Origin: Deltaproteobacteria bacterium
GTDB taxonomy: Bacteria; Myxococcota_A; Polyangia; Fen-1088
Direction of reading: 5' to 3'
Length of the DNA: 64,000 nt
NCBI GenBank assembly: GCA_033763315.1
Contig: JANRKS010000032.1
Span: 352,001-416,000 of the forward strand
Part shown: positions 47,554-57,058 of the stretch, piece after piece
Layout of the letters: each line of letters begins with the position of its first letter
Numbering within the stretch: position 1 is the first letter of the stretch
The notes under the pieces: model-generated
Told to the model about the DNA's origin: nothing
The model's input: the letters and a program-made list of their open reading frames with translations, nothing else
Databases searched by the model: none
Program-made: the position numbers and the translations under genes

Positions 47554-48771
47554 CTACGGCAGGTCGCGAACGCAACGGAAACCAACCGCATCCCAGGTAT
47601 CAAAACCGTCATATTCGTAGACGCTAAAATCGAACATGGCGTTCCATCCGCGCATCAAGGCCTTTGAATCTCGATATTCCTTTTTTGCAGTAAACTCGCC
47701 GAAGCCACGATCGCGGTTGGCGCCGATCCATCGCGTTCCGTTCCACGTCGAGGCCGCGGGCAAGATAAACTTTGGATCAAGAGCAATAAAGCGCGGTGGC
47801 ATTTGTGTGTCGGTTTTGGAGCGTGCCAAAACTTGCACAAATTCGGCGCTGTCGAACTGATAGACGAGCGCTTCGCTGGAATCCGTGCCGTCGCCCGCCT
47901 GCACGCTCAGAAGCACGCTGTTGCTGTCCTTCTTCACCTCTAACCATTCAGCGAAATTATTGAAGTCCCATATCACCTCGCCGTTAATTAACGTGAGTGC
48001 CCGACGTTTCTCACCACCTTGGCCCCAAGGTGTGGCCTCTGTGGCGCCTGTGTCGCTATAGGGATTTGAAGTGTTGCTTACAGCCACACCGCCAAAGCCA
48101 GTTGGTAAGTTCCCCATGCCCCGAGCACAGCCACTCCACGTCCAGCTCGCGGCTTCCAACTGCAGCGCGATCGTCATCCACTCGTCGTTGGTCATCAAGT
48201 GGTAGCCTGCTCCCAAAGCCGCGCATTGTGCCTTGGCCTGCTTCTGGCTGATAAAACGCCAAGGCCTTCCGTCGGGCCGTGATTCTGGATGGTGCTCCGT
48301 CAGTGACAGCTGTTCAGGCTTTCCGTCGGCTCGCCCCTCCAAAACAACTTCGCCCTTGCTGTTCACAGCCTTCATTTCAAATTTCGGCACGCAGAAATCA
48401 CGATCCACCTGTCCAATGCCCGTTGATGATTTACCTGGGACCAATGCGTATTGCGCAGGGCAACCAGCGTTGGTCGCAAGCAAAGGAATTTCCTTGGGTG
48501 GCGAGCAGGGGTCAGTCGGTGCGGTGTCGGGCACGTTTGCAACCACGGCGTCGTCGACGGTGTTGCGCATGTCGATGCTGCGCGTGTCATCAAGAGACGC
48601 GTCGGTCAGTGCTGCCCCGGCATCCGTGACTTCGCCTGGGCGTGCGACCAGCTCGTATCCCAACCGACCGCACGAGACGAACGCGATGCCAAGAAGGACC
48701 CAAGGAAGGTGGTGAAGGATTGGACGGCTCACGTGTTCTCGCAGGCGCAAGATGCGCACATCGAAAATCAT
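47554..48771 (-). CDS. lipoprotein with FGE/C-type-lectin-fold domain
   Basis: Lipobox 'FVSCGRLGY'; 'FCVPKFEMK...PW..ISQKQA...C...GYHLMTNDEW...VIWD...EW...RG...VGFRC'. Confidence 0.7.
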   Translation of the reverse strand: MIFDVRILRLREHVSRPILHHLPWVLLGIAFVSCGRLGYELVARPGEVTDAGAALTDASLDDTRSIDMRNTVDDAVVANVPDTAPTDPCSPPKEIPLLATNAGCPAQYALVPGKSSTGIGQVDRDFCVPKFEMKAVNSKGEVVLEGRADGKPEQLSLTEHHPESRPDGRPWRFISQKQAKAQCAALGAGYHLMTNDEWMTIALQLEAASWTWSGCARGMGNLPTGFGGVAVSNTSNPYSDTGATEATPWGQGGEKRRALTLINGEVIWDFNNFAEWLEVKKDSNSVLLSVQAGDGTDSSEALVYQFDSAEFVQVLARSKTDTQMPPRFIALDPKFILPAASTWNGTRWIGANRDRGFGEFTAKKEYRDSKALMRGWNAMFDFSVYEYDGFDTWDAVGFRCVRDLP

Positions 48772-48818
48772 CGGCAGGAGCGCCTCTGCGCTTTAATCTC
48801 GTGGTCGCCTATTGCAAA

Positions 48819-49331
48819 TCAGCGAGTGCGCTTTAGCGACGTGAGTAGGTCTTTTTTTGCTTCGCGCGCACCTTGCGCCGCGAGTTCGTCAGCGCGCGCG
48901 TTCCCCGCGTTGCCGTTGTGTGCGCGAATCCATTGCCAGCGGACCACAATCTGTCTTCTGTGGATGCACGCAGCAATGCGCCTTACGCTCGCCGCGATAA
49001 GCGGGTCCACCTTCGCAAAATCACTTTGGCGCCAGGTGTCCAGGTTCTTCGTCATGTTCTGCACAAGTGGCAGGTTGTCGGAAAAGACAACCACCGCCGC
49101 GTGATCAGGCAGCACCGATAACGCTTCTGCCACCGCCTGGTACTCCATAATCTTGGCGAGCGTGCCTATTGCTTTGCCGTAGCCCTCGACCGGTAACCCC
49201 GCTGGCGGCTCGATCCTAAAGCCCCGTCCCCCTGGTGCGCCCTCGCTGGCCTTGCACGACCCGTCCGTGTAACACAGGTATTCGACGCGCGTCACTTCAC
49301 CAGGATAGGTTACAAACCGAATGGCGTGCAA
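48819..49331 (-). CDS. ribonuclease HI family protein
   Basis: Catalytic D/E/D/D in 'YTDGS', 'MEYQA', 'FSDN', 'RADELA', plus 'WIRAHNG'. Confidence 0.85.
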   Translation of the reverse strand: MHAIRFVTYPGEVTRVEYLCYTDGSCKASEGAPGGRGFRIEPPAGLPVEGYGKAIGTLAKIMEYQAVAEALSVLPDHAAVVVFSDNLPLVQNMTKNLDTWRQSDFAKVDPLIAASVRRIAACIHRRQIVVRWQWIRAHNGNAGNARADELAAQGAREAKKDLLTSLKRTR

Positions 49332-49364
49332 CCAAATGCGCGACGCAGGACTCGGGGCAATCCG

Positions 49365-50162
49365 TTAACGCTTACCAAACCGCGGTACCCGCTTCGCGGT
49401 AAACGCTGCGTAGCCTTCTTGAAAATCTGGCTCCTGCATGCACTCGACTTGCGCCGTCATCTCAGCGGCGGCGTGTTCATCAAATCCACGCACCCACGTG
49501 TCGTTGAGCAAGATCTTTGTACGCTTTGTGGCTTCTGGCGGTGTCTGCAGCAGTTGCTCCACCAACGCGTCCGTCCGCTGACGCAGCTCTGGCTCGCTCG
49601 CCACGACGTTCACCAAGCCGATCGCAAGCGCGTCGCGTGCATCAATGAAACTGCCCAGCAGCAGCAACTCTGCAGCCCTCCCGTGCCCCACCAAGCGTGG
49701 CAGCAACCAGGACACGCCCATATCGCCTGCGCACAAGCCAACTTTAGGGAACACAAACCCCAACCGTGCGCGATCGCTTGCCACCCGCAGATCAGTCGCC
49801 AAGGCCAAAGCTGCGCCGCCCCCCACCGCGACGCCATCGATCGCAGCCACGATGATCTGCGGCGCCGCGCGCATGGCCTGCACTGTAGACATCGTCAACT
49901 CGTTGAACTGGCGCAGCTCTTCTGCGCCCGCGTTTACCAAGCGGCCGATGATGTCTTTGACGTGACCCCCGGAACAAAAGTTCCTGTTGGCGCCAGTCAA
50001 AACCACTACGCGCAATCGTTCATCTAGCGCCACCGCACGAAAGCCGTCGCGCAGCTCTTCGTACGTTCCGATGGTCAGGGCGTTCTTGTGTGGCGCATCT
50101 AGTGTGAAGGTCACAACACCATCACCGTTCGCTTCACAGCGGAAGTGTCGCGGCGCAAACAT
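49365..50162 (-). CDS. enoyl-CoA hydratase/isomerase family protein
   Basis: 'KNALT', 'NFCSGG', 'AAIDGVAVGGGAALALATDLR', 'DMG', 'DFQEGYAAFTAKRVPRF'. Confidence 0.9.
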   Translation of the reverse strand: MFAPRHFRCEANGDGVVTFTLDAPHKNALTIGTYEELRDGFRAVALDERLRVVVLTGANRNFCSGGHVKDIIGRLVNAGAEELRQFNELTMSTVQAMRAAPQIIVAAIDGVAVGGGAALALATDLRVASDRARLGFVFPKVGLCAGDMGVSWLLPRLVGHGRAAELLLLGSFIDARDALAIGLVNVVASEPELRQRTDALVEQLLQTPPEATKRTKILLNDTWVRGFDEHAAAEMTAQVECMQEPDFQEGYAAFTAKRVPRFGKR

Positions 50163-50163
50163 C

Positions 50164-50556
50164 TTAGGGGATCACGGCCAAGCCTTGGATCTCAACCACG
50201 GCTTCAGCATCGATCAAGCCTTTGACTTCCACCAAGGCCATCGCGGGATAGTGCGAGCCGAATACGTCCCTCCACACTTGCCCCACTTCTTCGGTGGCGA
50301 AATGGTATTGACGTTGGTCCGTCACGAAGATGGTCAGCGAAATGACGTCGGTGGCTTGGCCCCCCGCGGCCTTGACCACTGACAGAACGTTCGCCAACGC
50401 TTGTGCGAACTGCGCGGCGAAGCCACGGCTGACTTCCATCTTCGGCGGCTTGCCCCCTATCTGCCCCGCAATCGCCAACACGCGGCCCGTAGCCGCCACC
50501 CCGTGCGCGTACCCTTTGGGACGCGACCAACCCTTCGGCAAAATCACTTCGGACAT
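50164..50556 (-). CDS. RidA/YjgF family protein
   Basis: 'PKGYAHG', 'IAGQIG', 'QALAN', 'YPAMALVEV', 'VEIQG'. Confidence 0.88.
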   Translation of the reverse strand: MSEVILPKGWSRPKGYAHGVAATGRVLAIAGQIGGKPPKMEVSRGFAAQFAQALANVLSVVKAAGGQATDVISLTIFVTDQRQYHFATEEVGQVWRDVFGSHYPAMALVEVKGLIDAEAVVEIQGLAVIP

Positions 50557-50717
50557 GTTGCCCCTGTTTATCGGAAAGGCGCGCGCCCGTCGATGTGGGC
50601 CTGCGTGCCGGCTTGCAAATCGACGCCTTGGCGCAGAAAAAACCTCGCTCTCAGACGTTCCGGCACCTTAGTGATTTGGTATAAGTTACTGAAATTAAAT
50701 GTAAAAATAAGAGGCCA

Positions 50718-50750
50718 TTGGCACTCTCGCCTGCCGCTTGACAGTGCAAT
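50718..50750 (+). promoter_or_regulatory. CIRCE-like half site overlapping a TTGACA -35 box
   Basis: TTGGCACTC at 50718-50726; TTGACA at 50738-50743; imperfect right arm CAGTGCAAT at non-canonical spacing. Confidence 0.4.
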
Positions 50751-50794
50751 CGTTGTGCTTATACCTAAGTCGCCACGAGCTGAGGAGTCCAAGG

Positions 50795-51115
50795 ATGCCG
50801 GTTTACGAATACCGCTGTAACGCGTGCGGTCATGAATTTGAAGAGCAGCAGAAGATGAGCGACGAGCCCATCAAGGTCTGCCCGAAGTGCAAAAAGAAGA
50901 AAGTTGAACGGCTGATCAGCCTCACCTCGTTCCACCTCAAAGGTGGTGGCTGGTATTCGGATCTCTACGGCTCGTCCAAGGGCGGCGCCAAGGCCGAAGC
51001 CAAAACCGAATCGTCGTCCGAGACAAAATCAGAAACGAAGTCTGAAACCAAGACCGAGGCCAAGGCTGACAAGCCCGCCAAGGCCGAGAAGGTGAAGAAA
51101 GCCTCCTCTACGTAA
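50795..51115 (+). CDS. FmdB-family zinc-ribbon protein
   Basis: '[16 protein letters not shown]...CPKC...FHLKGGGWY' with a Lys/Glu/Ser-rich tail. Confidence 0.88.
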   Translation: MPVYEYRCNACGHEFEEQQKMSDEPIKVCPKCKKKKVERLISLTSFHLKGGGWYSDLYGSSKGGAKAEAKTESSSETKSETKSETKTEAKADKPAKAEKVKKASST

Positions 51116-51121
51116 TTTTTT

Positions 51122-51160
51122 GCGGCCGCGTGTACACCACAAGCGGCCGTTTGTTTTTTT
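51122..51160 (+). terminator. terminator-like hairpin between fmdB-like gene and groES
   Basis: gcggccgcgtgt-acacc-acaagcggccgt followed by ttgttttttt. Confidence 0.6.
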
Positions 51161-51190
51161 GAATTAGAGACCCACCACAGGAGAAACACC

Positions 51191-51481
51191 ATGAAAGTAC
51201 GTCCCCTTTACGACCGTTTGTTGGTCAAGCGCATTGCCGAAGAGACGAAGACCGCAGGCGGTCTGTTCATCCCCGAGACAGCCAAAGAAAAGCCCCAAGA
51301 GGCTTTGGTTGTGGCTGTTGGCAACGGCAAGATCCAAGAAGACGGCAAGCTTCGTAAGCTCGAAGTCAAAGCCGGCGACAAGGTGTTGTTCTCGAAGTAC
51401 TCGGGCAACGAAATCAAGATCGATGGCGAAGAGCACCTAATCCTCAAAGAGGATGATGTTCTGGCCGTTCTCGAAAAGTAA
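51191..51481 (+). CDS. groES: co-chaperonin GroES
   Basis: 'RPLYDR', '[17 protein letters not shown]', '[12 protein letters not shown]'. Confidence 0.97.
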   Translation: MKVRPLYDRLLVKRIAEETKTAGGLFIPETAKEKPQEALVVAVGNGKIQEDGKLRKLEVKAGDKVLFSKYSGNEIKIDGEEHLILKEDDVLAVLEK

Positions 51482-53155
<1,674 letters not shown>

Positions 53156-53184
53156 GTCTCACGCACCCACAATTCCCAAAAACG

Positions 53185-53220
53185 AAAGGGATCCGGTCAT
53201 TGACCAGATCCCTTTTTTTT
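53185..53220 (+). terminator. intrinsic terminator of groESL
   Basis: aaagggatccggtca-t-tgaccagatccc followed by T8. Confidence 0.85.
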
Positions 53221-53258
53221 CTTGTGCCCCACACAAGCGGCGCAACTAGAGCGCAGCC

Positions 53259-54140
53259 TCATAGCTTCGGGCTGACAAGTCTTATGCCCACAGAAGCCCA
53301 TCGTTCAAAACGTTCGTTTTGGGACGCGCCCGGCACTGTCACCAAGGTGCTGCCGAAGGTGCCATCCATCTGGACGTTGTCGTTGAAGATGTAACGAAGC
53401 CCGAGTTGCATCGCTGGGTAATCGGTCCGCGGGTCGAAGGGGTCGCCATAAAACACTTCGGTGGCGCTGTGAAGGCCCGCAAAAAGATGTGTCTGCACGC
53501 CAATGCCGCTCGTGGTAAGCGTGCTTGCGCGGTTTCCTCCGGAGGCGGAGAGACCTCCCGGCGACGCGCTGCCTTGGTCGCCGCCAGAGCCGCTTGCGTT
53601 GCTGCCATTGTCAGCCGCTGCAAACCCGAGATTCACATGGATGAGCACGGCCTCGTTCCAAAGTGACTCTGTGGCCGCTGCATACACAAAGCCTCCCCAT
53701 CCGGGCGCTTTAAGTGATCCCGTTCCAGCAGGCGCGAGTGTGCCGGCGGCGACGGCAAGACCTGGCCACCCGTTGTCTTGGGCAGCAATGATGAGCGCCT
53801 TAGCCTGCAGAATGGGCCCAGAGATCGAATAGCCGCGCACGGCGCCCGTATGGTTGGCCCCGTGAACGAACCCCGCAGTTAACTCAAGCCAATCGGTTGG
53901 ACCATAAGCGGCGAGGGCGTTGTGTTCGTAGGCGAGGCGGTCGACCAACAACCACGTTTCAAGCTGGGCCAAACGCTTTCCAACCACGCGTGCGTCGTCA
54001 GTGACGAAGGGCCGAATTGCGTGAGCAACGCCTGGCGTGGTGAGGGGCGCAACCCACACAAAAGCAGCCAAGATCCGCGCATAGGCTTTCACTGTTGCCG
54101 GCTTAGATGAGTGGCGGGCGATGCACATTGGAAACCACAA
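53259..54140 (-). CDS. putative outer-membrane beta-barrel protein
   Basis: Signal peptide ending AHA, 'RPFVTDDARVV', amphipathic strands, Gly/Ser-rich loop insertion. Confidence 0.6.
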   Translation of the reverse strand: MWFPMCIARHSSKPATVKAYARILAAFVWVAPLTTPGVAHAIRPFVTDDARVVGKRLAQLETWLLVDRLAYEHNALAAYGPTDWLELTAGFVHGANHTGAVRGYSISGPILQAKALIIAAQDNGWPGLAVAAGTLAPAGTGSLKAPGWGGFVYAAATESLWNEAVLIHVNLGFAAADNGSNASGSGGDQGSASPGGLSASGGNRASTLTTSGIGVQTHLFAGLHSATEVFYGDPFDPRTDYPAMQLGLRYIFNDNVQMDGTFGSTLVTVPGASQNERFERWASVGIRLVSPKL

Positions 54141-54229
54141 CTAGCACACCTTGCCGTCCCCAGCGTGACAAAGGCCGCCTCCGCGAGTTGGGCCTCGCAG
54201 CAAGAGGCAATGTGCGCTAGGCGTTACAC

Positions 54230-54580
54230 ATGAGCTACCAAGCGTCAGGGCGGCTGCTGAAGAAGTTTGACATCAACCAGGTGTCAGATCGGTTTCGTAA
54301 ACGCGAGTTCGTGATTGAGATCGCGGATGGAAAGTATCCGCAGACAGTGATGTTTCAACTCACGGGCGATCGATGTGACCAGCTCGACAAGATCGAAGAG
54401 GGGCAGCCTGTGGAGGTGGAGTTTGCTTTGCGGGGGCGCGAGTGGACAAGCCCGAAGGGCGAAGTGAAATACTTCAATACATTGGATGTCTGGACCGTCA
54501 GTGCCTCGCGAGGCGCCGGCTTTGACGACGAGCCTTTGCCCGAAGAGCCGATGGAGCCTTCCGACGACGTGCCATTTTAG
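54230..54580 (+). CDS. DUF3127-family OB-fold protein (SSB-like)
   Basis: 'FRKREFVI...YPQ...V.F.LRGREW...YFNTLDVW' and acidic tail ending DDVPF. Confidence 0.82.
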   Translation: MSYQASGRLLKKFDINQVSDRFRKREFVIEIADGKYPQTVMFQLTGDRCDQLDKIEEGQPVEVEFALRGREWTSPKGEVKYFNTLDVWTVSASRGAGFDDEPLPEEPMEPSDDVPF

Positions 54581-54651
54581 GCTCTACCGGTGAGCAGCTT
54601 GTGCCGCAAACAGGCAGCGTGGCGCGCCGGAGTCCGCGCTATGATGTGCCT

Positions 54652-55374
54652 ATGAGGCTCATCGGTTTCTTCTTCGCGGGGTTGTTGGTTGCGACGCTCG
54701 GTGTGCAAACCATCATCTTGCGCAAAGCCAACATGCGTCTTGAAACGTTGGAGAAGCAGCTGACAGCGATGCGTGATGAGCAGCACGCAAGCGAGATGCA
54801 TGGTGCCCCCGTAGAGCGCGAAGCCACCCTGCTGCCCTCGCATCGTCCCGCATTGCTTGACGCCACTGACTTGCCAGCGGCGTCGTTGGGCGCGTTGGGC
54901 GCCGCCGCTCAACAAGCGGGCGGCTTGGCCGGCATCGCCGCAGCCGGTGATGATCCATTGCCGTTGCCCCTTGAATTGTCGTCGCCCCAAGCGCGAGAGC
55001 AATTGGCCGCGTTTGTACGTGTGCAATTCGCGAAGGAGCGGCAGGCCGAAGAACGGCAGCGGGTGCAAGAGATGATCGAACGGCAAAACCAGTTCAACGA
55101 CGCGCTCGCGCAAAAGTTGGGACTTGCTGGCAACACCAGCGCCCAGTTCCTCAGCGTGCTTGGCCAGGCTCAAGAGCAGCGCCGAGATCTGATGGCCAAG
55201 GGAGTGCAGAACAACATGCCGCGCGCCGAGCTTCGCGATAAAATGCGAGAGGTTTCGCAGAAAGCGGACGACCAGATCAAGGCGCTGCTCGGCGAAGAAA
55301 AGTTCAAGCAGTACGAAGACCACCGCCGGCAGGAGGGTCCCCGCGGCGGGTTTGGCAGGGGTGCAAATCAATAG
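54652..55374 (+). CDS. hypothetical membrane-anchored helical/coiled-coil protein
   Basis: N-terminal TM helix, Gln/Glu/Arg-rich helices, 'LLGEEKFKQYE'. Confidence 0.6.
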   Translation: MRLIGFFFAGLLVATLGVQTIILRKANMRLETLEKQLTAMRDEQHASEMHGAPVEREATLLPSHRPALLDATDLPAASLGALGAAAQQAGGLAGIAAAGDDPLPLPLELSSPQAREQLAAFVRVQFAKERQAEERQRVQEMIERQNQFNDALAQKLGLAGNTSAQFLSVLGQAQEQRRDLMAKGVQNNMPRAELRDKMREVSQKADDQIKALLGEEKFKQYEDHRRQEGPRGGFGRGANQ

Positions 55375-55449
55375 CTTGGTAGGCGCCCACGGCGGTGTTG
55401 TCTATGCCGCGCAGGTCCGGGCGGCCACCGGGCCAGGCGTCAGAACGGT

Positions 55450-56670
55450 TTGCCGTTTTCCCATGATGACAGCGAACGTTGTTGTCCATTTGTGGTGCCT
55501 TGCCGAACCGTCTTCGCCTGTCTATGTGTGGGATTGATCTCGGCTTGTGCGGGATCAACGGCTCAACCAACCTCCACGGACCCCTGCGTGCTGCCTCACG
55601 GGGCCACCAGCGCCAAAGCCACCGCCGCCTACGAAACATTCAAGCGAGTGACGGTAACCGCAGATGGTGCATCAGATTTCTTACGCGTCTTTAAGCCAGA
55701 TTCCGGAACCGTCATCGGTTCCACGGTTTCCGAGGGCATGGGCTACGGGCTGTTGCTGGCCGTTTATCACGACGATCAGGCAGTCTTCGATCAGCTGTGG
55801 CGTTACACCGCGAAGTACCTCAACGCCAATGGCCTCATGGATTGGGAAGTGGATCCACAGGGCGCGGTCATTGGCAAAGGTGCCGCCAGCGATGGCGACG
55901 AGGACATCGCTTTTGCCCTGGTTATGGCGTCGCGCAAGTGGGGCGGCCGAGGATCGCTTGATGAAGCCTATGTGACCCTCGGCGTGCGCATGATCGACGC
56001 CCTTTTGAAACATGCAGTGGACGTGGATCGAAACAGCCTGTGGAAGCCGGGTGACCGCTGGGGCCCGCGCGACATCACGAATTTGTCATATTTCGCACCT
56101 GCTTATTTTCGCGTGTTTGGCGAAGTTTCTGGCAAGCAGGCTGCGTGGGACGCGGTGATCGACGGCAACTATGACGTCTTGGATCGCACGCTTAACGATA
56201 TGTTGGGCAACAAGAACAACGGGCTCGTGCCTGCTTGGTCTAACTCGGTCGGCGAAACCGTTTCGGCCTATACAGGTGCAGCCACACACTTTCAGAACGA
56301 TTCCACGCGCACGCCGTTTCGCATCGGCCAAGACTATTGTTGGTGGAAGGAACCGCGGGCGAAATCCTACCTCAACAAAATTGCTGCCTTTTATGCAGGT
56401 GAGGGCGTCGCAAATATCAAAGATGGCTACAACCTAGACGGCACGCCACGTCCCGAGCGCCCCAACGTTGCCACCCAAGCCGCATCGTTCGTCGGCCCAG
56501 CAGGGGTTGCTTTCATGAGCGATCCCAAATACCAAAACCAGCTCGACGAAGCGTGGGCCAAGGTTGCAACAGAAACGCTCACCAATGGCACCATCTACTA
56601 TCAGAAATCATGGACGGCCTTGTCGCTGCTTATGATGGCGGGAGATATGCAGGTGTTGCCACAGAAGTAG
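55450..56670 (+). CDS. glycoside hydrolase family 8 (endoglucanase-like) lipoprotein
   Basis: 'TVSEGMGYGLLLAV', 'GLMDW', 'ASDGDEDIAFAL', 'NLSYFAPAYFR', 'DSTRTPFRIG'; lipobox 'ISAC'. Start uncertain. Confidence 0.88.
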   Translation: MPFSHDDSERCCPFVVPCRTVFACLCVGLISACAGSTAQPTSTDPCVLPHGATSAKATAAYETFKRVTVTADGASDFLRVFKPDSGTVIGSTVSEGMGYGLLLAVYHDDQAVFDQLWRYTAKYLNANGLMDWEVDPQGAVIGKGAASDGDEDIAFALVMASRKWGGRGSLDEAYVTLGVRMIDALLKHAVDVDRNSLWKPGDRWGPRDITNLSYFAPAYFRVFGEVSGKQAAWDAVIDGNYDVLDRTLNDMLGNKNNGLVPAWSNSVGETVSAYTGAATHFQNDSTRTPFRIGQDYCWWKEPRAKSYLNKIAAFYAGEGVANIKDGYNLDGTPRPERPNVATQAASFVGPAGVAFMSDPKYQNQLDEAWAKVATETLTNGTIYYQKSWTALSLLMMAGDMQVLPQK

Positions 56671-56676
56671 ATGGTC

Positions 56677-56991
56677 TTATCTGTGCGCGTGTCGGCTTTG
56701 TGGCGAGGTGGCGCGGGCTTTGGTGCGGCCTGAAAGTGCGGTGGCAGCCTTGGCGCCATTTGCAGACTTCCGCGTGGACTTGCGGGATGGGCGGCTCGTG
56801 GCGGAGGCCTCAAACGCGGTTGTCATACCCGAAGTGACTTTCGCGGTGTTGTGGGGCCGCTCCGCCTGGCTGGCCTCCAACTCTTCGACATTCACGCCGC
56901 TGTTCGCCAAGGCTTCTTTACGGGCCCGACTCTCATGTGGCTCGGCAGAAGCGGCATGCTTGGTTTCTTCAGTCAGACGTTTCTTTTTCAT
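56677..56991 (-). CDS. small basic hydrophilic protein
   Basis: Coherent ORF with 'RPSRKSTRKSAN' motif; sigma54-like promoter just upstream. Confidence 0.55.
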   Translation of the reverse strand: MKKKRLTEETKHAASAEPHESRARKEALANSGVNVEELEASQAERPHNTAKVTSGMTTAFEASATSRPSRKSTRKSANGAKAATALSGRTKARATSPQSRHAHR

Positions 56992-57004
56992 GACATGAGG
57001 CGTG

Positions 57005-57021
57005 TGCATACGGTGGGCCAA
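57005..57021 (-). promoter_or_regulatory. putative sigma54 (-24/-12) promoter
   Basis: Minus strand TTGGCCCACCGTATGCA with exact GG-N10-GC spacing. Confidence 0.45.
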
Positions 57022-57058
57022 GAGCTTTGTGGTATGGAAACGGCATCACAGCGTCCCC

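Noticed and set aside
47554-49331. Complete diversity-generating retroelement or retron
   Set aside because: No reverse transcriptase (YxDD) ORF, Avd gene or template repeat was seen in the window. Only the target-like fold is reported.
50718-50744. Canonical CIRCE element
   Set aside because: The left arm matches, but the sequence at N9 spacing (gcttgacag) does not match GAGTGCTAA. Kept only as a half-site.
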